Assembly (NCBI GenBank): GCA_050084515.1
Contig: CM114271.1
Span: 33,976,001 to 34,040,000 of the forward strand
DNA: 64,000 nt
Direction of reading: 5' to 3'
Source: Blasia pusilla
Taxonomy: Eukaryota
Below, piece by piece: positions 37,078 to 53,258 of the stretch. The translations under genes and the position numbers were made by a program. How positions within the stretch are numbered: position 1 is the first letter of the stretch; each line of letters opens with the position of its first letter. Under the pieces are notes generated by a model. The model saw only the letters and a list, made by a program, of their open reading frames with translations. It was not told where the DNA came from and made no database searches.

Positions 37078-38510
37078 CCTCCTTCCTACTGATCCGTTAC
37101 TATCCTACTGAAAGTCTTTTCTGCCTAACCTTATCTATTTGTGGCTGACCGCAACGATATCCAGCGATTCCGAGGCACAATCGTCTCTCCCGTCTCCGCC
37201 TGACCACTTCATAGCTAAACGTAATGCTGTCCAGCAATTCTAAGAGCATAAGTTTCTCGTCTCCCAGTCTATCTCTCTCTGTGTGCGCGAAAATTTCGTT
37301 GCGAATTGGCTTATGGTTTGAATCCGTACCAACTCATGTTATGTACAAACTAGATCGGCCCCATAGCAGAGGAGGGTAAGGAACAATAGGGGAGTGAGAC
37401 TGGGATAGATCGACATTTAGGCCTTCTAGGGTGGCACAATAGCTTGCCTCAGGGCTCAGCGGGAAAATAGGAATCTATTGAGTGGCTACTTAAAAATAAG
37501 ACTTCTAAATTTGATTAAGAATTGTTTTAAAATATATCAACAGTTATTTCCGATAATATTATCTATCATGACATAAGTTGTTTTCTGTATTTAATTGTTA
37601 ACATTTTCTTTCTCTTTTCCATTTCTTTTCTCGTATGCCTTTTTTTTCTTGGGATGTTGTTGACTTTCCTCTTATGAAACTTGTTTACACAGCAAGTGAA
37701 TTTGGTTAAAAGTCCACTTCCAAATTTGATTAATTCATACGATAAAATTATTGTTTTCAATTAAAGAAATAAAGACCTTTTTTTCCCGGTACACATGGCA
37801 CAAGATGATTGGATATTTCTCTCCAAAATTGTTATTGGTACGGAATAAATCATGTTATGAAGTGTCGTTCTTTAGAAGTTCCCTCACTATTTTATTTCTA
37901 ATTGGAAATACTTTTCTAGAAATTCAACAATAACAATATTTTTAAAAATTTATGCAACTACCATCTTATTGTCACGGCTACCGGTGAGTTTGGTCATGTG
38001 GTTTCAATAATTCCCAACGTAAGCTTTGTGATATCCCAACTTATGGGACTTGCACCTTCCCAAGAATTTTCTTTGAACCTTGAAACCTATAGTTTATAGT
38101 TTCATATCTTTGCTAAAATAAGATCCGAACAAAAGTAAATGGACGAACCAATCTAAAGTAAAAACGGAGAAGTCAAACACTAGGTGTAGGTCCAAGCAGA
38201 TTTTCGCTAAACCGGTACCTTTCCAGCTATCGGCTGTCGGAAACGATAATTCTCCTCTGGGAACTGGATTTTAGATAGGGTTTTAGATAGAGACACGCTC
38301 CTATTTCCGAGCAGTTCTTATCTGGGAAATTTGAAAGTGAACCAATCGAAGCGGCTGGCTCTGCACATAACCCGAGATATCCCAACACAAAGACCAGTGC
38401 TCGGATAGTATTTTTCACCTCTCCATTTTTGGCCGGCACATGGGTAAAAGTTCTAGGTATTCTCTAAAAGCAATCAGTTCTCCCCCGACTTTTCACTCGG
38501 TTGTTCTCAT

Positions 38511-39120
38511 CTAATTTTCCCATGTTCCAGTTATAGCCGGCGAGTATAAGAATGCTCGGCAAGTTTCCGTCCTCCCCCAAGTCTCTAGCAAGAATTTAGT
38601 CGGGTGCCCGGTTTAGATAAGCTTTTAATGCTAGCTAAGGTACCATAACGTACCTATTACCCTAGTACCAACCCTAATTTTCCCATGTTCCAATTATAGC
38701 CGGCACGTACAAGAATGCTCGGCAAGTTTCCGTCCCCCCCAAGTCTCCAGCAAGAATTTGGTCGGTTGCCCGGTTTAGATAAGTTTTTAATGCTAGCTAA
38801 GGTACCATAACGTACCTATTCCATGGAAACACGTATGGCCGTACCCGAAAAATTCATTTTTACCCGAAAGATATAAGAGGTCTGGAAATGTAATTCGGGA
38901 ATATTACCGATCTCTCCTGAGCAGCTTGCAGATCATTAGATTTTTCTCAAGAATTTAGTCCGGTGCCCGCTTTAGATAAGCTTTTAATGCTAGTTAAGGT
39001 ACCATAACATACCTATTACCCTAGTACCAACCCTAGTCCCATGAAAACACATATGACCGTACCTAACAAATTCATTCTTATCCCGGAAATGTAATTCAGA
39101 AATATTACCGATCTCTCCCG
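38511..39120. repeat. Local direct repeats (~162-bp unit twice plus partial third copy and a second duplicated block)
   Basis: CTAATTTTCCCATGTTCCA...GGTACCATAACGTACCTATT at 38511 and 38673, partial copy from ~38948. Block 38821-38917 recurs at ~39039-39118. Confidence 0.85.
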
Positions 39121-40644
39121 AACATTTTCCAAACAAGCTGCTCGGTTAGAACATTTTCCAATTTTCTAACCGGGCAGCTTGTTTGCGATCATTCGATTTT
39201 TCTTCCCGGTCTTTACAACGAATGCCGGTACTTCAGAAATTCAGACTTTACAAAGAATGCCGGTACTAGCCCAGCCTAGACAACGACCATGAAACTCTGC
39301 CTCCCATTGGGGTAACAGGTGTAATGCGTACACACGGCCACCAAATGTGGCGCTTTTTCCTGGTAACGCTCGAGGCGATCATGCCCAGACCCTCGCTTCC
39401 AAACCTAGGCATCCATCTCGAACCGTCTACGGAAAGGAATATCATGTATGTGATCTTTCCCCTCCAGAGTTCCGTTCCCAGAGTTTCCGCATGGAAGATG
39501 TGCTTCAATTGCAGGCAGGCATGGCAAGACAAGTTCCTCTCGTTTCGCTTTCTTCTGAAAGCGTGAGATTATGGTATGGATCCAGGGCCACTTGCGATCA
39601 CGGAAAGCCCAACTGCCTGGAAGCAAACTAGAAAACCCTGTGTCAAACTAAGACACGAGTGCTTTTCTTTCCTTGCACCATGTTAGGTAATTTGAAACTA
39701 CAGGACTGGCATTTAGGAGCGCTCGCATTGATGGCTAACATGCGCCAGGGAATAGTCACCTCCTCCTGCCGGTCTAGAATCAGAGTTGCGGGGAGCACTT
39801 CGATGAGAGGCGCAGCGTTCAGAACCTAAATGCCCTGTGTCTCCTGACTGCCACTACGGTCGGGTTGTAATGTGACGCTATCTCCAGATTGCCTGACCAT
39901 CCCTGTTGTAAGAATCACAAAGTGCTTGCACTGGTGCGACCAACTATGAGACCTCCACCCCCTTACACAAGATGGGGTGGGTCGGCCGGCCTCCCAACCG
40001 ATGGAAGTGACCCAATTGGCCGACTGCAGAAATTGATATCTGAACCATCGTCACGGTCAAAATGCATTTGACTCTGATACCCTCCCCTTGCCATCTCCGC
40101 AGATGGGAGAGAACCACGAACTCCATACCATTGCAGGCAGCCGCTTCCATATTGATGCATGAGGCCGCGCGACCATCTTGTATTTAGAATGCAGGCCAGC
40201 CACTTCCATATTGATCCATGAGGCCGCGCAACCGTCTCGTATTCAGAAGAGAGGCCAGCTCTCGTGAGCGTTGAGGTTGGCACAGTGGAGGAGGAGGTTG
40301 GCAATTCGACGAGAAGGATCCTCACACACAGGAGCCCCCGTAGAAAGCAAGTCACATTACATTAGCTTTTGGTGGGAATGCCCTCAGACGATGGAACACA
40401 AAACCAGACTAGAATCGCACGAGTACGGAGGGTGTCAATTCACCGACTCGATATATCATCTATCATCTACAACCGGAACCCCACACAAGAGGGCAGCACA
40501 CGCTGCCATCACAACATGAAATCTGTATCGGAGGATGCAGTTTTTTGTAGCTGCTCCTCCGTTCGACCCGTATCATTAGATGTGTCTCAAAAATGCTTAT
40601 GGTCACGTTAATTGAGGGTCCGGGGTCACATTTGAAACGGGGCT

Positions 40645-40680
40645 CCGTGCATCGCACGGTCCCTTACGGGTCCTTACTAG
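40645..40680 (+). mobile_element. Helitron 3' terminus
   Basis: Hairpin CCGTGC-ATC-GCACGG followed by CTAG|T, the same hairpin family as at 29649-29665. 5' end uncertain. Confidence 0.6.
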
Positions 40681-41317
40681 TCCAAGATAAGACGGTGTAG
40701 AAAGTGCCGTAATCATCCAATTAAATTTCAGAAATTGATTTCAAATTTTGATAGCTTCATTTTTCTTCCTTTCGTATATAGAGACTCCTCCAAGTAGTAA
40801 AATCGTACCAACAACAATCCTCCTGCAGTTCCTATCTAGTGTCAAATCTGCATACACTTTCTCTATGATAGGACTGATCTAGTGTATCCTATGACGAACT
40901 AGCAAAACTTGACAGAAGATTTTCTATGCATCCACAGATGGGATTAACTACAACACTGCGTGTAAATACCCCACTATAGTCGTCCAACGGACCAGTGGAA
41001 GGCGAAGACGAAATCTAAGAAATTTCAGGATCAGCGGATGGCTGGGATTTCGAATCAGCACAGGCACAAATGTGGCCCACGGCAATATATCTATCACCCA
41101 GATAAGGACAGGGTAAAAGATGTGAATGGGTGCGGAAGCGTGAATGTTACAACCTACATAAATAAGATTCAGACCTCAAAAAAGGGCACTTTCGTCTTGA
41201 GCGCTCGCCCAACCAGAACTCAGGGATTTCATAGAACATGGCCGACACAAGTAACTCATGCCGTTACTGCTCCCTCTTGCTTCCCAGACCAACCTCCTTT
41301 GTCTACTCAAGCAATCC

Positions 41318-43623
<2,306 letters not shown>

Positions 43624-44586
43624 CGCTGCTGCTCCACGCATAGACACTCGAAACGAACGGGAAATCGCACGCACTCGAACGATGGTTTCGTTCGTTATTT
43701 GGGCTTCCTGCGCTAAATACCGCTAGGGGCGCCTCCACGTCCCCGACGCCGGTCTCCTTCCTTACGTGGCAGTCGCCAATACGCAGGCCTTCGATTTCGG
43801 ATCTGTTGGTGTGCTAAAGTTGCTAGGTTATTGTAGGTTAGTATGGAGAGTGCTAGCTGAGGGTATTTTCGCACTCTTACATATTTCGTCCCTTGCGGCC
43901 CTCCGTTTGTCCTCATAGATCCGAGTGGAATTCCAAGTCGTGCGTGTGCCAAGATGAGGATGCATTGGCACGGGGATCCCCACTCCTAGTTCGTGAACAA
44001 TTTCCATTCGTGCGTAAATCTTCGTACCCGTTTCTCTCACGAATTGAGGAATCCTCAAGTCCGGCTTGTGATGAGGACGTGGTTGGCTCGACCCCTTTTG
44101 GATTTTCACTCTTGGGGCTCTTCTTGTTAGGGATTTTCGAAACAGCGCACTTCTTTTTTTATCTAAGGTGCAAGGGTGAGCTGCCTCCTTGGGGCGATCT
44201 TCATTTTGAAAGTTCGGGACTTTCAATTAGGCTGAGGTCACCACGACTCGGTCCCATGCGACCGAGGACGCCCGGACCCGGCCCTAGAGCTCCGGATCTT
44301 GGTTGATCCGACAGATGGGATTCAAGGGACATGAACAAAATTCGCCTCGTTAGAACATGGGGCGCAAGTCTCTGCGACTTTGTTACCACCCGACGAGAAG
44401 GAAATAACACTTTTCTTGCCGTTGCTATACTACCATCGCAACGACCCCAATTGCGACTGGGCAGGGACCCGGCCACATAGGTCCGGGCCCTTTTTAGTGT
44501 TATTGGTGTCGCATGCACTTTGCCATAACTAGTTTTGTTGTTGTTGAAGTTTTAAGACTCGCTTGTGCAACTCTTTGGTCGGAGCT

Positions 44587-45755
44587 TGTAATCTACAACT
44601 CAAGGTAAAAGATACTCTTTCTATCGCAAAGTACTAAGTTCGTTTCCAAGAGACCACTATTTCCTAAGTAAAGAGAGGTTTTATAAAGAATATCAAGAAA
44701 AACTCTTTCTTCACTAAAATGCGTCACTAACTCCAACGACACTGTCTTACAAGTACAAAAGAATAAAAGGCTTTTCTTTCTTCTTGGAAAAGACTCTTCT
44801 CAAGTGCACACGAAGACTCTTGTGAATGTGCAATAACAAGGCTTCACGAAGACCTCAAAGAGACCTCAAGAATGGCGGCTCATCCTACTTTCAGAACTAA
44901 ATCTGTCATGGCAGGTTACTCACTGTCTAACAGCTTTCCTACGCTTCTTCCTGATTAACTTCTAGAATTCTGAAACTACAAGACTCAACTCTCATCTCTA
45001 CTGCATCCCAATAAGATTCACATTCAATTTTGCACCTTAGAAATAATGAGAGAAGACTCTTCTTCTACATCAAAGAGTGGAAAGAACTATAAAAGTATTA
45101 CAAGCTTCAGAAAGTAAAAGACTCTTTAGCTTGGATCATCCCTCAACAAAACTTCCTACACACTCACCAAGATTGTTGAGAAAACTCAAGATACACGGAA
45201 CAGTATTGAGGAATTCAAGACACAAGGGAATGATCCCTTCTTCTACTAATTTGCTCTTTAAATAGTCTTTTACAATCCCTCATTGATCTTCCTATTCTAA
45301 TCTAGATTTCTAACTGCTAATCCTAACCTCCTCGGTTTGAATTCTCCAACCCTCCACCTTCCTAAGTTGATTGGTTGCCTTGGTGATTCATTTTCGCTCC
45401 CTTTAAACCGAAGCGTTGCTCCATTTTCGGCTTCCAAAACCGCCGTAACTGTTCACTCTTTGCAGTCCTATCTTCGCAGTCCAATCTTCGCGAAGACTCT
45501 TTGATCTTCGTTCTTTGTTCACAATCTTCGCTCTTTGCTCTTCATTTACAGTCTTTGTTCACAATCTTCGCTCTTCGCTCTTCATATGTTCTAAGTTGTG
45601 AAGACTTGAGGCATCCATAGTTGTGCCTTATTTATTGCTTCCACATGTAGCTCCTCAATCCATTGAGCTCCACTTCTCTCCATGCGTGAGGACCTTCTTC
45701 GCGTGATTGAAAACTCGGATCACCTGAAACCAGATCAAAGGAACTTGGACTTACA
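44587..45755. mobile_element. Possible solo LTR upstream of HEMC
   Basis: TGTAA...TTACA termini, recurring AAGACTCT and ATCTTCG motifs, no long ORF. No matching TSD. Confidence 0.35.
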
Positions 45756-48221
45756 ACCCATAGAGTGCAAATTTTAACTTCTCCTGTACATGTGACAGTG
45801 AATGTAGAGGAGTTGGACTACATTCCTAAAATTACTTTCCCTTGCAGGTTGTGACTGGACTAGCATATATGGGCCGGAAGTGGTATCGTGGGCTTTTGTT
45901 GTATGACACTACATTGCTGTACGGTTAAGTCCTTGCATTCCTATTAGCATTATCTTTCAGGCTCAAGACTATCAATGGTAGTTTTTTTGTCGTTGATAGT
46001 CTTTATAGTTGAACTCATGTCGTTGATAGTCGATGATAGTCTTGATATAAAGTCGATGATTAAAAGTATGCAGAGTCAAAACAAAAGCATAATTATAGAG
46101 AACTCATTTTTGGATTGTTATCCTCATGAAAAAACTTCACTTGCTATAGTGCACAAGTGAAATGTCTCCCCTCAAAAAGACACGGAGCTAGAATGGCCTC
46201 CTACTCAGTGTAGACACCGTATACCGCACCACCAGAAGGTTCCTCTCTGGAATGGGTAAAAAAAAATCATCCTTAAGGTCTCTAATTTTGAACTCTCAAA
46301 ACCGGGTTCCGCTTGAACTAGGTAAAGACTTCACTCTCCACCAACTTGTGTCTTTCTCCAACATACATCTACAATGTCGATGGTGAAAAGGTTTCTCTGG
46401 CTCTCCTTAGTGGCCGTGTTTATTTTCTCAAGCATTGGTGGTGGTTGGAATGTTGCAAACTTACAACAGCGAGTCGACCAAGTCATAGGTAAGCATTGGG
46501 GGAATCAGGCCTAGGGTCCCTTGTTTTTAAATTGGTGTCACACACCGTAGAGTTAATAGGCTATCAACCTTCAGATAGAGCAACAATGATAGAAAAAACT
46601 TTTAGAACAAAATTTCTACGTCTTAATGTATACAAGCCCTATGTTTGGCATATTCATGTGGGAATCAAAGAAATTTTGGCAGATTATGTTCACCATGTGC
46701 GTGGATATGAATGAATGGTTAAAGGCAATAGTTGAAGACGGAGGATATTTCTATAGAAACAATCGAACTCATCCTGACATATGTGAATACGTGGTTCAGG
46801 GATTTGTAAAATTGAATATTTAAATGAAAGGAAGTTGGTATGAGGATTGTTGTCTTCCATCTCTAATATCTTATCAGTGGCAAAAAGTCCAAACACTCTT
46901 TAAGAACCATAATGGAGCCACTGAAGGATATAGTAATGATTAGGGACTAGCACGGTGATACATAGCTTGGAGGATTGACACGCATAAAGATCAAGTAGGG
47001 TGGAAAAAGCTTCACGATTGAGAAGTCATTAGTCTAAAAGAAAAAAATTTAGTCTCGGTCAACCAACAACCATTCGCAGTTTCTATCGCAAGGTTCCGCA
47101 CTACAGTGTTTATATGCAATACGAAACATGGAGAGCTGAATTTGCATAAAAATGCACTGCTACAATGAGAGAGAAAAACGCACCGCTACAAGAAGGTAAA
47201 AATCTGAAGAGAAAATAATGAAGTGCAAATCTGAAAGGTTTTATAACATTATATCACATTGATAGAAGGAGAAGAGTTTTCTTACAGTGAATTTAAGAGA
47301 AAGCAATTCACAAGAATATTGATTCTCTTACTACATTATCTATCTACATTTTTTTTGAAATAAAGTGTCTATGTTTCTGCAATTCTCTATCTACATATTA
47401 TTGTCTGAAACGAAATGTCTATGTTTCTTTATATCTATCTACATGTCACCGAATCAAGTTTGAGACATTATGGAGATCTAATTTCGTATTCTAGTCTCCA
47501 TTATGGTTAGCTCGTTTTGGATAGTAGCTTTGCAACCTTGGAAGTTATTATCAAGCATGGCTTTCTCGAGCTGCAAAGGTTCAACAGTTTGTTAAATTTG
47601 TAAATTATAATCATTATAAATGTATTGGAATCGAACTATCCTGGAGTTAAGGAACTGATCCGAACAGAGTTAAGGAAATGGTCCGGAGTATTGGAACAAA
47701 CTTAGTAAAAGGAAATACTCACAATGTAGAAGGAGAAAGCCGCCTGCTCAAGAGATCTCACCAAGGGCATTCTCGTATCAAATCTGGCCCCCTACATAAC
47801 ACGAGAATTTAGTGACACTATAGCATGCAACCCGCAAGGATCCAGAGTATCCTCTTGAGTGCGCCATGAATTTCTTTCTCGCAAGGAAGCAAGTTGTGTA
47901 TGAAATTTTTCTTTGTTTTGGAAATCATGTTTATATTTACTCAAGTCCAGTTGATGATATAATTTTGTCCGTAAAGTTTGTATTGATTTCTATGAAATGT
48001 GAGATCTAGTGTCTTATTTGTAAAATAAATGTTGAGATATGATCATAATACAGAAAGGAAGAAAGTACCATTGTAATTTGTCCCTTCCTCTACCTCATAA
48101 ATTTGTTCAAGATAGATCGCGGATTTGTGCCTTGAGGACCCCATGCAACATAAAAATCCTTATGAGCCTTTCGTCATTCAGGGAAATCTTGAATTCTTCC
48201 TATATAGACTCATGTTGGAGT

Positions 48222-48798
48222 TGTCGCGTCTTTTAGGATAGATCGGTGGGATCTAATAGAGCGCCTTCATGAGTAGAGGAGGACACGCCCAGTAGGTCGA
48301 GGGTGACCTGTTGAGGCCCTTGGAAACCTGAGATAGCAGGTTTCCCCTTCGTTTCGGCTCATTTGGAGCCATATTGAGGAACTTACTATTTTAGGTAAGT
48401 ACCATTTTGAGTATATGATCGACTTACTATTTTTGGTAAGTGGCCCTTGACCTCCTACATAGATCAAGAGCCAAGGAGGTGACTTGGGAGAATAGGTTAC
48501 CATGGAGAGAGCTTGGGAGAGGGGAGGGGTATACCTCAATGAGAGAGAGCTTGAGAGCTCATTCTCTCTTTGTTGAACCTCTTGGCATGAGGCGGCGGAA
48601 CTATGGTACCTTGCTTTGTGAGTGTAACCCAAACCTCTCATTAGGAGAGTGGGTTTGGTTTGACATGAGAGAGAGTGCACACCTTTGAGAGCTATGGTGT
48701 GAGATGGTGGAGAGAGAGATTGGAGCTTACTTTACAAAGAGAGAATGAGAGAATGAGAGAGCTTCATGGGGGAGCTCGGTGGTCACTCGCTGTTTTTG
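48222..48798 (+). repeat. 5' terminal repeat, block A plus short M segment; lacks block B
   Basis: Matches 57866-58376 and the reverse complement of ~22883-23462. Confidence 0.88.
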
Positions 48799-51700
48799 CA
48801 GGTTGGGGACCGTGTTCCCCGTTCAGCGGCTCATGGGAGTGCTCACCGGAGCAAGGGCTGCTTTCATTATTCTTTGCATTTGCCGATTTTTGTGTGGAAG
48901 AGTGGCGCGCGGAAGCGCTGCCCAATTTCTGATAGGGATTGAGTATGGGGGCGGGTTGCCCCATGCTGGTGCTCTCGGGAGCACCATGTAGCTTATTGAT
49001 TTGTATTTTTACAGATGTTACATTTTCGTTGAGAGAAATCATCGCGGGAGCGCTGCCAAATTTTGTGTAGGAGAAAGAGACATTGGGCTTTACGACAATC
49101 CCCGTCAGTTTTTACTGAAATGTTCGATTCTAAATATTTTTTGATACTAGCGTAGATCTTGAAGATGTGCACTTTATGCAACAAACAATGCACAATTTGG
49201 AGTTGCGAGAAAAAAGTTATGGTCAATCTTGTAAAGATGCCATTGCTAGGCGATTTTTAGGGTTAAATTGTGCAAACCCTAAATCAGCCGCCACACCAGC
49301 GGCGGCCATCGCCATCATAGTCACCGTCAATGGTCGACGGTCAACTGTCACCGTCAACCGTCACCATCATCGGTCGGCCGTCACCATTAGCGGTCAACCG
49401 TCACTGTCAACGGTCCACCGTCCATTGTCCACCCTTTGGGTGCCATTGCCGCCATTACGGAGTGGAGGGTCTTCCACGACGTTCGTTGATTCCTTGACTT
49501 GCGTCGCCACCACGTACTTTGTTTTGGCCACCACCGTCATCGCAGTTTCTTCATCAACTAGTGATGCAAGATGACCTCCAATTATGGTGTTTGAGTTTTG
49601 ATTTCATGCTGCTAAGTTGTGATTGGTAGCCGCTCGACGACGATCGAGTATCGTGGTCGCGTGCCCGTAAGCGCAACGCGCGCCGCCGCGCCGTGCCGCT
49701 CGTGGCCGCACCGCACCATCTCAATCGCGGAGCCGCATGGTCATTGTGGAGCAGAGTGTGGGATTATTATTGATTGAGGATGGTATGCCGCCGAGTGCCG
49801 CATCCCACCATCGAGGGCCGTGCCGTCAGAGCCGTTCGCCGCCGCCGCAACGCCGCACCGTTCGTTCGGGGACCGCATTGTCTATCGAGGAGTTTTGAGT
49901 AGCATCGAGACGGGAGGAGTATGACTTGCTGATTGGAGGAGTTGTCTCCACGATCGAGTTGGGGTCGAGATTTGCGATTCTTTGAGGAGCGACATCGACA
50001 TGTGTTCGGGTTACCCATTACGGTCCTTTACCCCGCACGTGTGAGGTGAGGATTTATTTGGGGATATTGGGTGTGTGGATCTTTGAGAGCATCATTTATG
50101 TATGTGGTCTAGGGACATAGACCTGTGTGGGATGTCCGGAGTTGAGGGTAGGTTGTCGATGAGATGATAGCTGGTCGATTTGCGGCACCACGCCGCGTGT
50201 TGCCGCACGTTACACGTCTCGGGGAGAGAGAGTGTAGATCGAGTGCCGCATGTTTGGGATGAGTGATTGAGGGATTCCTCACGAGGTTCAGAGTGATCAG
50301 GTGAGAGGGGCACAAGGGTCATCAAGGAGTCCGTTCGGGACTTTGAGAGGCGAGGTGGTGAATCCGAGAGTAGCTCTAGAGGTTTTACGCGGAGTGGCGT
50401 GAGGTTCCGAGGGTCTCCACGTGAGGGACCACCTCGACCTCCTTCTGTGTCATCTTCAGACAAGGGGGAGGGTATAGAGGAGTTTGTGAGCACATCGCCA
50501 CACATTGTGAGTGGTCCTACCAGTTGGGCGTACGAGATGGACGACCGGGGTAGAGGACCGCGTAGGTTTTCAGTGCGATGAGGCACGATTGAGTTTACGA
50601 TTTTATAGCAGAGTTTAGGAGTTGGTGCGACTCCCAGCGGGCCAGGAACTCTAGAGACTTTAACCCGTTTACAGCATGGAACGGTATGTTCCAACATTTA
50701 GAGGAGGCACCCATGGACGATTACCATGAGTTCTCTCAGAGATATGCACGTGAGATCGAGGCGTGGAGGCTCTACTATGACCCACATTATGTGTCATGGA
50801 CGGAGCCGTTCCCAGACAAGGAGGAGGAGTCAGGAGAGGCTACTGCCTCTTCCACTAGTGACGTTTTAGGAGGGGTCACTCGCACAGGAGCAGTTGCACC
50901 GTCTAGTCGGGTTCGTCCCAGGTTCAACCCTGTGGTTGAGTTCTTTGCTGAGTTGAGGGCGAGCTACCAGGGGGTACGGACGGAGAAGTTGCGGAGCATC
51001 CACGACTTCCAGAGGCGCCCAGGTGAAAGTTTGCGTGAGGCTTACACTCGCTTGCGCCGGTTGATCAACGTCACTCAGGGGGTGACAGAGGCTCAGGCTA
51101 TCCTGTCATGGTACGCGATACTGGACCGGACCCTACGGACACGGGTGCGGGAGGGGGTGCTTCTTATGAACACCTCCCCTACGTTGAGAGATGTTTTTTG
51201 GAGCGCCGAGAACATTGAGCGCAACATGGCGGAGGCGAGCGTAGCTCCCATGGGTTCTGGGCGAGAGCAGTCATGATTGTCTACACCACCTGTGCAACAA
51301 CATGGACTCCAAGATAGGTCGACTGTGGCACCACAAGCTTAGGGAGGATACCAAGAGGCCGTGCCACAGAGACCTGTGCCTTCATATGCAGCTCAGCAAC
51401 TACCGCCTACTATTACTTGTTGGTCATGTGGTGGAGCCCATCATCAACGCGATTGCACTCGTCAGGGTCATGGACGTGTGCCTCAGCATGGAGGAGGAGA
51501 TGGTGCTGCACCATGAGGTTATCATTGTGACTATTGTCAGAGGTATGGTCATACACACGCCAGGTGTTTCAGTTGACATCCTGAGTTACGTCCGGACCGA
51601 GGGCCAGAGAGGGCACTAGAGCGAGTAGCCGGTCCGGTTGGGCCTAGAGATCGTGCACCAGGTGGTCCCATTTGGGGACGAGGAGCTGGAGTTGCCCGAC

Positions 51701-53258
51701 AGGGTGGTGGAGCTACCCGTGGAGGAGATAGAGTACCACCACCTAGACGCGCCGAGGGAGACGCCGGACGTGAGGTTGGGATGGCTGCTCAGATACAGCA
51801 CCTACAAGAGCATATTGCCGCTATGGCATTGAGGTTACCCGATGCCGGATCCGTGGCATCGACATCATATGGAGCAGCTAGAGATCTGTAGGATGCTGGA
51901 TGGATGTGCGGGGTTGCCCAGATGGAGGCCGCTGCAGTGGTGACGTGTGGAGCAGCCGCAGAGTTGGATCCACAGCGAGGGGAAGCCAGAAGACAGACTA
52001 GACTTCCTCAGTCTTTCACATTGTCCGAAGCGATGAAGACCCCATCGATGGGTCCTCATCAAAGTTCCTAGAGAGTTGGTAATGTTGTTGGTGTGCAGGC
52101 ACGGAGGGCGATGGGAGAAGCGAGTGCGACGACTCCTATTGATGATGCTCAGGAGGGGCATGTGTCGAGCACGTTGTTGGGGGCGGCCACCGTTGTGTAC
52201 CGCACTCCTTTATTTTCTGCTTCCGATGTTGTGACGTTGGGGGGTATGCCCGCCGAGGCTTTTTGGTTGGCCGCTTCACTATGTGAGCGCGGAGTTGGAG
52301 TTCTTGCATCACGTTCAGAGGTGATTGCAGAGGAGGTGATGGACCTGCCCTTGGAGCAGATGCTCGGGCCGTCCACGTCAGATTCATGGCAGGCTGCAAC
52401 TGCTAGGATGGCGGAGATGCCCGCTAGAGCCGCGATAGAGCGTGCCATGGCTTTTCCTAGTGTTGTGTTGCTGGATAACCGAGGAGAGGTCTTCCAGTTG
52501 GTGAGTTCTGGAGGTAGAGCTTTTTAGTCATGGCAGCAGCGTCTTGTTGATTCAGAGCGCAACCCTTGATGTTGGGGAAAGCGTCATTCAGAGGATTGGG
52601 CTTGACGAGAGCTGATGTGGAGTGTTGTCCATTTCGGATACAGACATCCTTGGGTGGAGCGAGTACCACAAAGTATATCACTTGACAGGAGGTCGTGGTG
52701 AGGATTCGCTCGGGACATCCTACAAATATGTCTATGGTGCGCGCCAAGGCGATAGTGACTGATGCTGAGTCCTACGACATCTTGGTTGGTGGAGCAGTGT
52801 TATACCCAATGGGGTTTTCCCTGGATTACTGGGAGGAGTCAGCGTCCTACAGACCAGGATGGCAGTCAGGTGATGGGCGCCTTAGCTCATTACCCGTTCG
52901 ATTCACAAGTGCAGTGATCGAGCATTGGCCAGGAGAGATGGCGACCTTAACAGCATTTAGCAGTGCCATCACTTGGCCTAGTGATTTGATTGAAGGACAT
53001 GTCCATGCAGAGGATACTCCCGTTCCTGACATTTCTATGGAGAGGAGTGTTATGGTAGTTGCATCATTCCGTGGAGGAGAGGTGCCGCTGTGGGGCTCGA
53101 CTGAGGAGCTTCAACGATTGGCAGATGAGCACGTGCAGACCGCGTGGAGAGAGGCGTTTGCACCAGAGCGTGACGGGTCTGAGGAACCCGAGGTAGCAAG
53201 GAGTGCTACAATGACACCCTTGGATACCACACCCATTGTGTGGTGTACCCCGGAGGAG

